64,000 bases of DNA from an uncultured delta proteobacterium (GTDB taxonomy: Bacteria > Desulfobacterota > Syntrophobacteria > BM002): NCBI GenBank assembly GCA_963712115.1, contig CAVQGX010000030.1:64001-128000 (forward strand), read 5' to 3'. The translations under genes were made by a program, and so were the position numbers. Below the pieces are notes generated by a model. It was not told the origin of the DNA. It saw only the letters and a program-made list of their open reading frames with translations, and searched no databases. Each line of letters begins with the position of its first letter. Position 1 is the stretch's first letter. Positions 8,821-18,406 of this stretch are shown here, one piece after another.

Positions 8821-10542
8821 ATGACCGAGTGGCAGCAGAGATTGGCCAGGAGGATTGAAGCGGCCAGGGGTGATAGACCCGTGGATCTCCTTTTTCGGGG
8901 GGCAAAGGTGGTCAACGTCTTTACAGGCGAGCTGGCCTCAATCTCAGTTGCCGTATACGATGGCGTGGTTGTTGGCTTTGATGATCGTCGAGCAAAGGAG
9001 GTTGTAGAACTCAATAATGACATTCTCTCACCAGGTTTTATTGACGGCCATTTTCACCTGGAAAGCACCCTTCTTGTGCCAGGCGAATTTGCTAAAGCAG
9101 TACTTCCCCATGGAACCACTACGGTGGTGGCTGATCCTCATGAGATAGCCAATGTTGCCGGTGTCTCCGGTGTTGAATTTATGCTCGAGGCAAGCGAGAA
9201 CATCGGGCTTGAAATTTTCTATATGGCCCCTTCCTGTGTGCCGGCAACTCACCTGGAGACAGCCGGAGCGCAATTAAACGGGAATGATATTGAGAAATTA
9301 GCCCAAAATCCTAGAGTTATAGGACTGGCGGAGATGATGAATTTCCCGGGTGTGATTTGTGGAGACCCTGCAATTTTGGACAAACTCGAGCGTTTTCGGG
9401 ACAAGGTAATTGATGGACATTCGCCGGGTCTTAGCGGAGCTTCACTGGATGCCTATTTGTGTGGTGGGATTGGGTCGGATCACGAGTGTACTCGGTTGGA
9501 AGAGGCAAGGGAGAAGCTCGCCAAAGGGATGCACATTATGTTGCGGGAAGGGAGCCAGGCCCGAGACCTAGAAGCACTAGCTCCTTTGGTAACCGCTCAA
9601 ACAAAACACCGTTGTATGTTGGTGAGCGACGACTGTCATCCGGAAGATCTACTAGAACAGGGGCATATGAATCGGGTTCTGAAGAGGGCTATGGAGCTGT
9701 CCATCGACCCAATAAGCGCTATCCAGCTGGCCAGTCTTAATCCGGCCCGCTACTTTGGCCTGCGCAAGCTTGGTGCAATTGCTCCTGGCTATCAGGCGGA
9801 TATAGTGGTGCTCGGATCACTGGCATCCTTGGAAGTGTCCAGGGTTTACAAGAAAGGTCGACTGGTTGCCAAAGATGGCAAATGTTTGCTGCCCGAGGTC
9901 TCAGCAGCAAAAGAGAGTAAACTTATTTCTATGAAACTCGAGGAAGTGAAAGAAGAAGACCTGCGCATTCAGGTTGCAGGCTCGGGGGTAAGGGCTATCC
10001 GAGCTGCAGCCAATACCCTGATAACAGAAGAGGAGATTCTCCCCGTGGGGGGCAAAGGAGGTGAGGCCGCGAGTGAGCCGGACCGGGACTTGCTCAAGAT
10101 GGCTGTTATAGAGCGACACCACGGGAGCGGTCGCAAGGGTTTTGGTTTCATCCGCGGTATTGGTCTCCGCCGGGGAGCACTTGCCTCAACCGTGGCTCAT
10201 GATTCGCACAATTTAATTGTAGTGGGGGCTAATGACTCGGATATGGTAGTTGCGGTGAATGCCTTGCGGGAGTTGGGAGGCGGTCTGGTGGTGGTCGAGG
10301 GTGGCCAGATTCGAGCACAGCTACCCCTGCCTGTTGCCGGTCTTATGTCTACTTCTTCCTTGGAACGAGTGGTGGAGTTGAAAAAAGAGGTCAACCAAGC
10401 TGCCCTAGCGCTTGGGGCCACCCTGGAACAACCATTTATGGCCCTGTCATTTATGGCCTTGCCGGTTATACCTAAACTCAAGCTAACAGATCAGGGACTT
10501 GTTGATGTTGAAAGCTTCAAACATGTACCACTGTTCGTCTAA
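8821..10542 (+). CDS. ade: Adenine deaminase
   Basis: PGFIDGHFHLES, DPHEIANV, GLAEMMN, DGHSP, SDHE, SDD and AHDSHN motifs. Confidence 0.95.
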   Translation: MTEWQQRLARRIEAARGDRPVDLLFRGAKVVNVFTGELASISVAVYDGVVVGFDDRRAKEVVELNNDILSPGFIDGHFHLESTLLVPGEFAKAVLPHGTTTVVADPHEIANVAGVSGVEFMLEASENIGLEIFYMAPSCVPATHLETAGAQLNGNDIEKLAQNPRVIGLAEMMNFPGVICGDPAILDKLERFRDKVIDGHSPGLSGASLDAYLCGGIGSDHECTRLEEAREKLAKGMHIMLREGSQARDLEALAPLVTAQTKHRCMLVSDDCHPEDLLEQGHMNRVLKRAMELSIDPISAIQLASLNPARYFGLRKLGAIAPGYQADIVVLGSLASLEVSRVYKKGRLVAKDGKCLLPEVSAAKESKLISMKLEEVKEEDLRIQVAGSGVRAIRAAANTLITEEEILPVGGKGGEAASEPDRDLLKMAVIERHHGSGRKGFGFIRGIGLRRGALASTVAHDSHNLIVVGANDSDMVVAVNALRELGGGLVVVEGGQIRAQLPLPVAGLMSTSSLERVVELKKEVNQAALALGATLEQPFMALSFMALPVIPKLKLTDQGLVDVESFKHVPLFV

Positions 10543-10702
10543 GGCAGAGAGCATAGAGCAGAGGGAAATACAGCTGGCAGCCCTTCGACAGGCTCAGGGG
10601 AAGCTTGCAGCTGGCAGTTGGCAGGACGCAGAGATCAGAGGTCAGAGTTAAGTCTGATCTCTGATTCCCGACTTCTGACCTCTGGAATAGACGACTTGAA
10701 CG
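10543..10702. repeat. Composite repeat: (CAGYTGG)n plus CCCTTCGACAGGCTCAGGG palindrome plus family A element
   Basis: cagctggcag-cccttcgacaggctcaggg-...cagagatcagaggtcagagttaagtctgatctctgattcccgacttctgacctctg. Confidence 0.8.
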
Positions 10703-10706
10703 GTCG

Positions 10707-13604
10707 ATGAATATGCAAAGTTTTATCGAATTTCTCAAGACGGCCCAGCTTCCGGGAGCGCGCTTGGTGCATCATGAGTTCATCCCAAGTCGGAAAGCCG
10801 TATATGGGAATGTCCAGCCACCTCTTACCCCGCCACTGAAGTCCGCTTTGGCCAAGCTAAATATCACCAGATTGTATAGCCATCAGGCGGAAAGTCTCAC
10901 TAGCTTGCGCAAGGGTGAAAATGTGGTGGTAGCCACGCCCACCGCCAGTGGCAAATCTCTCATCTACAACCTAGCTCTAGTGGAGTTGCTAAGCCAGCAA
11001 GCTGCTGGCCACGGACTTTACCTTTTTCCTCTCAAAGCTCTGGCGCAAGATCAATACCAGGCCTTTGTCGCACTCAATCAAGAGCTGCCAAGGGAACTCC
11101 AATTGGAAGCTGCTGTTTATGATGGGGATACCCCCTCGAGTCAGCGCCGTCGAATTAAAGAAAACCTGCCCAATTTGCTCATTTCGAACCCAGATATGCT
11201 TCATTTGGGGTTTTTGCCCTTCCATCAACAATGGGAGAGTTTTTTTCGTAATCTCCGTCTTGTGGTAATCGATGAAATACACACATATCGAGGTATTTTT
11301 GGCTCACATGTGGCGCAGGTTCTGCGAAGACTACAAAGGGTCTGCCGGCTCTATGGATCGCAGCCCAGGTACATTTTGCTCTCCGCTACCATCGAGAACG
11401 CCAGAGATTTCGCTAGTCGATTAACCGGCCTGGAATTCCGGGCGGTGGAGCAAAACGGTGCACCCCAGGCAGGAAGGCATTTCTTTTTTGTAAATCCTGA
11501 TATAAGCGCCACTACTGTGGCCGCCCGTCTGTTCGTCAAAGCACTGCAAAGTAACCTTAAAACGATCGCTTTTACCCAGGCTCGAAAGCTCACCGAAATC
11601 ATCCACATGAACGTGGCTGAAGCAACCCCGGCACTTGCCTCTAAGGTCAGCTCATATCGGGCTGGTTTTCTTGCTGAAGAGAGGCGAGATATAGAACAAG
11701 GTTTGGCTAGCGGTTCAGTGGCCGGAGTAATCTCCACCAGCGCTTTGGAGATGGGCATCGACATTGGCGGTCTGGACGCCTGCATTTTAGTTGGATATCC
11801 CGGCACTATCATCAACACCTGGCAGCGCAGTGGCAGGGTTGGGCGAGGGCGGAGCGATTCGTTGGTGATTCTCATAGCCCAGCCAGATGCTCTCGACCAG
11901 TACTTCATGCGCCATCCTGCAGATTTTTTCCAACGTTCTTTCGAGGCGGCGGTGGTTGATCCAGATAATCCTGAAGTTGTGGACGCCCATCTACCTTGTG
12001 CTGCCGCTGAGATTCCTCTGAATGGAAGTGATGACCTTTACAGTAATGGAGGTCTTCTAGCTTCTCGAGCACCGGTGCTTGAGGCAAGCGGTGCCCTGTT
12101 ACGAAGCGCAGATGGCAATGTCTGGTATGCAGCTAAGCAACGGCCTCAGCGTTTGGTGGATATAAGGAGCGTGGGCGAAGGTTATGTCATCCTAGATAAG
12201 TCCAGTGAGAAAGCGGTAGGCAAGAACGACGGAGTCAGGGTTTTCAAAGAATGCCACAAAGGGGCAATTTACCTCCACAGGGGCCAGCAACACCTGGTGA
12301 CCCATTTAGACCTGAAAAGGAAAAACGTTTTTGTGAAGCCCACCAAGGTTCGCTATTATACCCGGGCCCTAAGTGAGAAAGAGACTGAAATCTTAGCGGT
12401 GGAACTGAGCCGGCCGGTTGCCAATTTCATCGTCCGGTTGGGTCGTGTCCGAGTTACCGAGCAGGTTGTTGGGTACGAGAAGCGCAATCTCTACAGCGGA
12501 GAGCTTTTGGATAGTCTATCTCTAGAGCTGCCTTCGCAGAGTTTTGAGACCATCGGTTTCTGGCTGGAGATCGAGGACATTCTCCAGGAAATGGTGCGGC
12601 AAAGGGCGCTCCATTTCATGGGGGGGATCCACGCCCTTGAGCATGCCCTGATCAGCATGTTTCCCCTCTTCGCCTTGTGCGACCGCAATGACATTGGGGG
12701 CATTGCCGTGCCCCGCCATTTGCAGTTACAAAAGAGTGCGGTTTTTATTTACGACGGATACCCCGGGGGGGTTGGTTTAGCGGCAAGAGGATTCGACATG
12801 ATAGAGGAACTCCTAAAAAAGACTGTCGAACTTATTGCAGCTTGCCCGTGTGATTTGGGATGTCCTTCCTGCATTCATTCACCAAAGTGCGGTGGAGGCA
12901 ACAAGCCCCTGGATAAAACCGCGGCTTTATTTCTGGCCAGGGGTTTGCTTGGCGAATTTCCCTTAGAACTGAAGCTTAAAGAGGACGATCATTTAGTTGT
13001 GGCCCATGAAGTCGCGGCAGAAAAAATCAGTAGTGAACCGAATGTGGCCTTTTTTGACCTTGAAACACAGCGGTTGGCTGAGGAAGTGGGCGGCTGGGGA
13101 AACGTCCACCTGATGCGCCTGGCGGTGGGGGTACTTTACGATAAGGGTGCCAATGGATTCGAGGTCTTTGCAGAGGAGCAGGTTGAAAACTTGATCGAAC
13201 GGTTAAGGGGGTTCGATCTGGTGGTGGGTTTTAATGTCAAACGGTTCGATTATCGGGTGTTGGGAGCTTATACGGGTTTCGATTTCCGCCAGTTACCCAC
13301 CTTCGATATCCTGGAAGATATCTACCAACGCTTGGGGTTTCGCCTAAGCCTGGGGCACCTGGCTGAACAGACCCTGGGAAAAACCAAGATAGCCGATGGC
13401 ATCCAGGCGGTTCGCTGGCTCAGAGAAGGAAAACTTGATGCAGTGGTTGAATACTGTAAAGATGATGTGGCCATTACCAGAGATCTCTTCGACTTCGGTC
13501 TCAGCCAAGGTTATCTAGTCTATCAGACAAAAAATGGGCAACCGGTCCGACTGCCGGTAAATTGGAATTTGGACGATATCCTTAGGGAAGCAATTCGGAG
13601 CTGA
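10707..13604 (+). CDS. DEAD/DEAH-box helicase with DUF1998 Zn domain (YprA/MrfA/SftH type) fused to a C-terminal RNase H-like (YprB/MrfB type) exonuclease
   Basis: TPTASGKS, DEIH, SAT, QRSGRVGR; CPCDLGCPSC; C-terminal FFDLET, GFNVKRFD and YCKDDV exonuclease motifs. Confidence 0.9.
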   Translation: MNMQSFIEFLKTAQLPGARLVHHEFIPSRKAVYGNVQPPLTPPLKSALAKLNITRLYSHQAESLTSLRKGENVVVATPTASGKSLIYNLALVELLSQQAAGHGLYLFPLKALAQDQYQAFVALNQELPRELQLEAAVYDGDTPSSQRRRIKENLPNLLISNPDMLHLGFLPFHQQWESFFRNLRLVVIDEIHTYRGIFGSHVAQVLRRLQRVCRLYGSQPRYILLSATIENARDFASRLTGLEFRAVEQNGAPQAGRHFFFVNPDISATTVAARLFVKALQSNLKTIAFTQARKLTEIIHMNVAEATPALASKVSSYRAGFLAEERRDIEQGLASGSVAGVISTSALEMGIDIGGLDACILVGYPGTIINTWQRSGRVGRGRSDSLVILIAQPDALDQYFMRHPADFFQRSFEAAVVDPDNPEVVDAHLPCAAAEIPLNGSDDLYSNGGLLASRAPVLEASGALLRSADGNVWYAAKQRPQRLVDIRSVGEGYVILDKSSEKAVGKNDGVRVFKECHKGAIYLHRGQQHLVTHLDLKRKNVFVKPTKVRYYTRALSEKETEILAVELSRPVANFIVRLGRVRVTEQVVGYEKRNLYSGELLDSLSLELPSQSFETIGFWLEIEDILQEMVRQRALHFMGGIHALEHALISMFPLFALCDRNDIGGIAVPRHLQLQKSAVFIYDGYPGGVGLAARGFDMIEELLKKTVELIAACPCDLGCPSCIHSPKCGGGNKPLDKTAALFLARGLLGEFPLELKLKEDDHLVVAHEVAAEKISSEPNVAFFDLETQRLAEEVGGWGNVHLMRLAVGVLYDKGANGFEVFAEEQVENLIERLRGFDLVVGFNVKRFDYRVLGAYTGFDFRQLPTFDILEDIYQRLGFRLSLGHLAEQTLGKTKIADGIQAVRWLREGKLDAVVEYCKDDVAITRDLFDFGLSQGYLVYQTKNGQPVRLPVNWNLDDILREAIRS

Positions 13605-13620
13605 GGTTTTTCGAGGGGGA

Positions 13621-14229
13621 TCACCTCTGGCAGGCGGGAGTCCACTGCCAGGCCGGACAACCTAAGACACTGAACCAGAAACCATTGCGGACCATCCACT
13701 GACCATGGGTACTCCATTCTGGAGGGCCTTGTGGATTCTCCCGGTTGAACATCTTGAAACTGTACTGGTAATCTGTCAGGCCGTTGTTGTGGAAACCCTC
13801 GTTGGTCCGCAATGATAATACCAGGGTCTGGTCGAAGAGTTCTGGCGTTTGTACATTTACAGCCTTGATCCTGTAACCACGATGGCTGTCAGGCTGGAAC
13901 CCCATGGCGAGTTCCGGAATGAAATATTTGCCTGAGGAAGCAGGACGGTCGGATGGGCTCCAGCCGATCTCGATTACCGCCCCTGATTCGCTGGTCTTCT
14001 CACCGGGTTTTAGAGGGTAGAAGTTTTTATTGTCCTGATAATACAAATCCTGAGCACTGAGAAAGTCGATTACCGAAGTGCGGCATTGAATCTTGCGCTG
14101 TCGGAGGGAATAGGCGGTGAAGGTCGGCATTGCCAGCGCCACTAGCAGCCCCACCACTCCCAGGGTCACTAGCAGTTCCAAGACGTTAAAACCGCCGTTT
14201 TTTTGGCACCCCAGATGCTTTCTGGACAT
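13621..14229 (-). CDS. Type IV pilin / pseudopilin-like protein
   Basis: Class III signal G|FNVLELLVTLGVVGLLVALAMP with E5. Confidence 0.8.
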   Translation of the reverse strand: MSRKHLGCQKNGGFNVLELLVTLGVVGLLVALAMPTFTAYSLRQRKIQCRTSVIDFLSAQDLYYQDNKNFYPLKPGEKTSESGAVIEIGWSPSDRPASSGKYFIPELAMGFQPDSHRGYRIKAVNVQTPELFDQTLVLSLRTNEGFHNNGLTDYQYSFKMFNRENPQGPPEWSTHGQWMVRNGFWFSVLGCPAWQWTPACQR

Positions 14230-14235
14230 GGTGGA

Positions 14236-14835
14236 CTACTTTTCTGTCTGTATAGGATATATATCCAGTTTGGTGGCAACCAGATTCTCGCCGGACAAAG
14301 GGGAATCCGACTTGATTCGCATTAAGTAACCATTCTTCGCGTCGAGATTGTATTCAAGATGACGCAAGGCCGTCCTATTTCCTCCTAAATCGGGTAAATA
14401 GACCGGAATAAGTTCGTAGAGACTATCGGGATAACTATTTCCGTGATCAACTGCATAGTGTTCCAGTGTTCCCTGCAAAGCGGCAAGAAGTTCCACCGGG
14501 GCACTGATGTCCAAAATAACCTGGGGCCTGGGTTCGGTCTGACTCCAGTACAATCTTAGGGCCAAGAGAATAAGTATCCCTGCTAGTCCAACCGCAAGAA
14601 CCAAATTAATGTAAGTGGGGCGCCACTTCTCCTGAAGACCTACAAGGCGATCCTCTTCTTCCTGTTCCCTCAAAGTCGTTTCGCTTTTCACATCTTCGAG
14701 GGAAACTGCCAGCATGCACCTGTGACATAAGGTCCGACCGTCCTCAAGGCGTATGATGCAGCCTTCACAGAGGGCTGCCTCGCAATGATCACAGAATGCA
14801 ATATTGTCTCGATCTGGGTGATAAACACAGCTCAT
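14236..14835 (-). CDS. B-box zinc finger membrane protein with a pseudopilin-like C-terminal domain
   Basis: CVYHP...CDHC...LCEGC...LCHRC; one TM helix; LEHYAVDHGNSYPDSLYELIPVYLP resembles a GspG-like globular part. Confidence 0.7.
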   Translation of the reverse strand: MSCVYHPDRDNIAFCDHCEAALCEGCIIRLEDGRTLCHRCMLAVSLEDVKSETTLREQEEEDRLVGLQEKWRPTYINLVLAVGLAGILILLALRLYWSQTEPRPQVILDISAPVELLAALQGTLEHYAVDHGNSYPDSLYELIPVYLPDLGGNRTALRHLEYNLDAKNGYLMRIKSDSPLSGENLVATKLDIYPIQTEK

Positions 14836-15000
14836 AGGTCCGGCCCCAGGTTCAGGATGAATCAAGACAAGGTAACTGCTGCTAATAACAAATATTATTG
14901 GTAAAATCAATAAGTTGTTCGATCAGCTGATCTTCTTGGGCCAAATCGTCAAACTGTATTAGTCAGGGTGTGACTGCGATTCTCGGCCAAAAACGAGTCT

Positions 15001-15110
15001 TTGCAAGTTGCAAGCCAGCCAGTCCAGAGATCAGATGTCAGAAGTCAGAAATCAGAGGTAAATCTGCTGTCAGATCTCTGACCTCCGACTTCCGACCTCT
15101 GACGCCTGCA
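15001..15110. repeat. Family A element, gene-less
   Basis: cagagatcagatgtcagaagtcagaaatcagagg ... ctctgacctccgacttccgacctctgac. Confidence 0.85.
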
Positions 15111-15129
15111 GGCTGGTTTCTGGAAGGGG

Positions 15130-16302
15130 CTATGAATAGAGTAAATAGGGTCCACGGAGTTGGCGAAACTCCTTTAATTGGGGTTCCCAACTTCGCTCCA
15201 GTTCCTCTATGGGCACACCTGCCTCCAACTGGGTGTGCAGGTCAGTGCTGCCGAGAATAATCTCTATGGGAAGGTGGTTGAATTCGTATTCATAAGGAGG
15301 TGAGATCCATTGGAACTCTTCCCCGTGGCAGGTTACAACTGTCTGAAGCAGGGTAAGAGAGGTTGTGTAGGGGCGGTAGGTTTCGGGATTGGTGAGGTGG
15401 ATTTGGAACCCGGCGCAACTCTCACCTTGCCATTTGTCAAAAGATGGCGTGAAACGAGAGGCTCGTAATACAAGACCGGAAAGTTTCTTATCGGCGAGAA
15501 ACTCCAGAAGCGGTTCTGGCTTGAGATATGGTGCACCCCACAGTTCGAAGGGGGTGGTGGTGCCACGACCCTCTGAAAGGTTGGTTCCCTCCAGAATAAC
15601 TTGGCCTGGATACACCAAGGTTGACTCGGGGGTAGGCAAATTAGGTGAGGGAGGCACCCAATACAGATCCGTCTGGCGATAGAGCATGTCACGTGTCCAG
15701 CCATGCAAGGTAAATACCTGCAGAGGAGCGCCAATATCGAAAGCTTCATTGTAAAGACGAGCCATTTCGGCCATGGTAAGGCCATGGCGCATGGGAATTG
15801 GGAAACGGCCCACGAAAGAGCGGAGCTCGAGATCAAGGAGGTTTCCTTCACAGTGGTGTCCGCCGATGGGATTTGGCCGGTCAAGAACCGCCACCAAAAC
15901 GTCATGACTCCGAGCAGCCTCCATACACAGAGCCAAAGTGGTACCGAAGGTATAGACTCTTGTTCCTACGTCCTGGAGATCAACTAGCAAAACGTCAATG
16001 TATGAAAGCATGTCCTCCGTGGGTTTACGGGTCTGACCGTAGAGGCTAAACACCGGGATACCAAGGCGATGATCGACGAAATCGTCCGACTCTATCATGT
16101 TGGCCTGCTGTTCACCGAAATAACCATGCTGCGGGGCAAAAAGTGCTGTGATTCTAGCACCGGCTTCGAGGAGTCGATCTTTGCTGTGTCGAAGACTACC
16201 ATCAACTGATGCCTGATTGGCGAGCAGGCCAATCCTGGCGGTTTTTAACCAGGCCGGCTGAGTTACAAGCAGGTTATCTATGCCTAACTGGACAGATGCC
16301 AT
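15130..16302 (-). CDS. DUF1343 / NamZ (YbbC)-family exo-beta-N-acetylmuramidase
   Basis: FAPQHG, SLYG, DLQDVGTRVYT, LDRPNP, RHGLT, WVPPSPN and SEGRGTT motifs. Confidence 0.9.
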   Translation of the reverse strand: MASVQLGIDNLLVTQPAWLKTARIGLLANQASVDGSLRHSKDRLLEAGARITALFAPQHGYFGEQQANMIESDDFVDHRLGIPVFSLYGQTRKPTEDMLSYIDVLLVDLQDVGTRVYTFGTTLALCMEAARSHDVLVAVLDRPNPIGGHHCEGNLLDLELRSFVGRFPIPMRHGLTMAEMARLYNEAFDIGAPLQVFTLHGWTRDMLYRQTDLYWVPPSPNLPTPESTLVYPGQVILEGTNLSEGRGTTTPFELWGAPYLKPEPLLEFLADKKLSGLVLRASRFTPSFDKWQGESCAGFQIHLTNPETYRPYTTSLTLLQTVVTCHGEEFQWISPPYEYEFNHLPIEIILGSTDLHTQLEAGVPIEELERSWEPQLKEFRQLRGPYLLYS

Positions 16303-16374
16303 GAGTTAAACTCCCTATGCAAGTGAGCACTAGACACTCAACCCTAGAACTCGAAATGGGCAACGCTCAATATC

Positions 16375-16513
16375 AAATTCGAAATCCTAAGCACCAAGCA
16401 CTAAACAAATCCTAAATTATAATGCTCCAATGCTCGAAACAACAGAAACCAAAATGCAGTCAAAGCAGGTTTTGGTCATTGGAATTTGAGAATTTTGAAT
16501 TTGTTTCGGATTT
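16375..16513. repeat. Family C element (AAATCCN / NGGATTT arms), gene-less
   Basis: aaattcgaaatcctaagcaccaagcactaaacaaatcc...gaaaca [~27 bp] gttttggtcattggaattt...atttgtttcggattt. Same architecture as the arms around 57529-57894. Confidence 0.85.
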
Positions 16514-16640
16514 ATTAACAATTTCCGCGTGACGACTTCCGCGTTCTTGTCCCTACTTCCTATATCCTGCTGGGCTCAGCATCATGCTGCTCCCAGAGTT
16601 ATTATAGGAAAGCTTGTTCTGCAGTCAAGGGCAGTATCAC

Positions 16641-16669
16641 TTGACCTTTTGGGTATTATCTAGTAGAGT
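16641..16669 (+). promoter_or_regulatory. Candidate sigma70 promoter
   Basis: TTGACC-N17-TAGAGT upstream of the 16762 CDS. Confidence 0.35.
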
Positions 16670-16761
16670 CGCCTTGTTTCTGGGATGAGCTGAGTGGGCC
16701 TCTAGAAAACACCACTATTATTAGGGATACTCCGCCAACGGATGTCTGATTGGAAGTATGC

Positions 16762-17985
16762 ATGGCCCGCAAGTCCACCTATAACATTCTCATGTATTCC
16801 CACGATACTTATGGCTTGGGGCATATTCGTCGGACCTTAGCCATTGCCTCCCATTTGCGGACACCCAATGTTAACATCCTCATCATCACAGGATCACCTA
16901 TAGTTGGCCGATTCTCTTTTCCCCCCCAGATCGATTTCGTCCGCGTCCCAGGCATGATCAAAATGACCAATGAAGAGTACCTGCCCCTGTCCATTAAAAT
17001 CAATACCCAGCACGCCCTTAAAATACGCCAAACTATAATTACCAGTACCGCCAAGGCCTTTCAACCACGACTGTTTATTGTGGATAAAGCACCTTTGGGT
17101 CTCAAAAGGGAAATTATCCCCACTTTGCAGTGGATCAATCGTTGCCATGGACATACTAAGACCGTACTCGGACTCAGGGATATCATGGACGATGCTGCTA
17201 GCACAAAAAAGGACTGGGAAGAAAAGGGCGTCTATGATGTGCTGGATCGTTACTACTCAGAAATCTGGGTGTATGGCAATCAGGAGTTCTATGACCCAAT
17301 CCGTGAATACGATATCCCGAAAAACATCAGTCAAAAAATGATCTTTACTGGATACATACCTCGAGCGTTGCCCAAAGCGGGAGAGATAAATGAGGTGAGA
17401 AGGGAACAGCGTCTTGACCGTGGCCAGAAGCTTGTGGTGGTCACCACTGGAGGTGGTGGGGACGGCTATGACCATATGGACGCCTACCTCAGAATGCTTG
17501 AGGCATGGGGCGAGTCGCCTCCTTTTCGAACAGTCATGGTTACGGGACCCTTTATGCCCAAAAAGAGAAGGACGGAGATTTTCAACAGAGCAAGGCGGAT
17601 TCAGGTGCGCACTTACCGGTTTTACAGGCGCATGGAGAGATTAATAGGGGCTGCCGATGTTGTCGTGTGCATGGGCGGATACAATACAGTTTGTGAAATT
17701 TTGAGCCAGGGGAAGCCTTCGCTTATTATTCCCAGGGAGCAACCCCGTCGGGAGCAGTTAATTCGAGCTCAGATTTTGTACGAGCACAACCTGGCAGATT
17801 TCATTCCTTGGTATCAGGTGGACCCAAATCTTTTGCGACATAAGCTCCTTGCTATGATCGAGAAGCCGGAACCCTATCACCAAGCAATAAGTAATTTCCG
17901 CTTCACAGGTCTGGAAGTAATGAGCGAGCGATTGGCCGAGTTCCGCGGCGAGGTTTCCGGGGAGAAGAAGGTATTACATCTTTAA
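16762..17985 (+). CDS. GT-B glycosyltransferase (COG4671-like, GT28 C-terminal type)
   Basis: YSHDTYGLGHIRR, LGLRDIMD, TTGGGGDG, MGGYNT and EQLIRA. Confidence 0.88.
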   Translation: MARKSTYNILMYSHDTYGLGHIRRTLAIASHLRTPNVNILIITGSPIVGRFSFPPQIDFVRVPGMIKMTNEEYLPLSIKINTQHALKIRQTIITSTAKAFQPRLFIVDKAPLGLKREIIPTLQWINRCHGHTKTVLGLRDIMDDAASTKKDWEEKGVYDVLDRYYSEIWVYGNQEFYDPIREYDIPKNISQKMIFTGYIPRALPKAGEINEVRREQRLDRGQKLVVVTTGGGGDGYDHMDAYLRMLEAWGESPPFRTVMVTGPFMPKKRRTEIFNRARRIQVRTYRFYRRMERLIGAADVVVCMGGYNTVCEILSQGKPSLIIPREQPRREQLIRAQILYEHNLADFIPWYQVDPNLLRHKLLAMIEKPEPYHQAISNFRFTGLEVMSERLAEFRGEVSGEKKVLHL

Positions 17986-18334
17986 CCAGGATGTTTCACG
18001 AATCGCTTACTGCGACCACGGATATGACCGCCCTTCCGTGCGTCCTCGGGCGTCGGCCCCTGCGACGTACCACTCAGGTACGCCTCGGCTTCGATCTTGG
18101 ATTTTGGATGTCGGATTTTTGACTACAATTGATGATATCGAGCTTAACAGTTCAGATTTCGGCATTTGTTCTCTGGTTCTCAAGAGCTTTTCAGTAAATT
18201 TTCAATCCGCGTTCCGCAATCCGCATTCCGCAATCGTCGACCCGGTGGCCCGCCCGCCTCGCCTTGCTCGCATGGCGGGCAGGCACGCCCATCTTCGTGG
18301 TCTCGTGACAGCAATTCATGAAACATCCTGGTTA
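17983..18334. mobile_element. MITE-like family M, copy 2 (352 bp), carrying an internal heptamer-flanked insert
   Basis: TAACCAGGATGTTTCACG ... CATGAAACATCCTGGTTA; the internal core is shared with copy 1. Confidence 0.8.
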
Positions 18335-18378
18335 GCACTAGAATTTTAAAGAGTTATAGATAGCAAATTTGCAAATAG

Positions 18379-18402
18379 AGTCCGCCGCGGCGGACTTTTT
18401 TT
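18379..18402 (+). terminator. Rho-independent terminator
   Basis: Perfect palindrome AGTCCGCCGCGGCGGACT followed by a T-run, between convergent genes. Confidence 0.7.
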
Positions 18403-18406
18403 GTTG

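Noticed and set aside
14975-14989. Sigma54 promoter for the B-box/pilin genes
   Set aside because: The GG-GC spacing is N9 rather than the required N10.
18038-18349. Paralogous small ORFs at 18038-18349, 41766-42131, 54783-54986, 54828-55064 and 7818-8018
   Set aside because: Their similarity (PATY.SGTPR, GLVTAIHE) is explained by lying inside MITE family M; they carry no transposase motifs.
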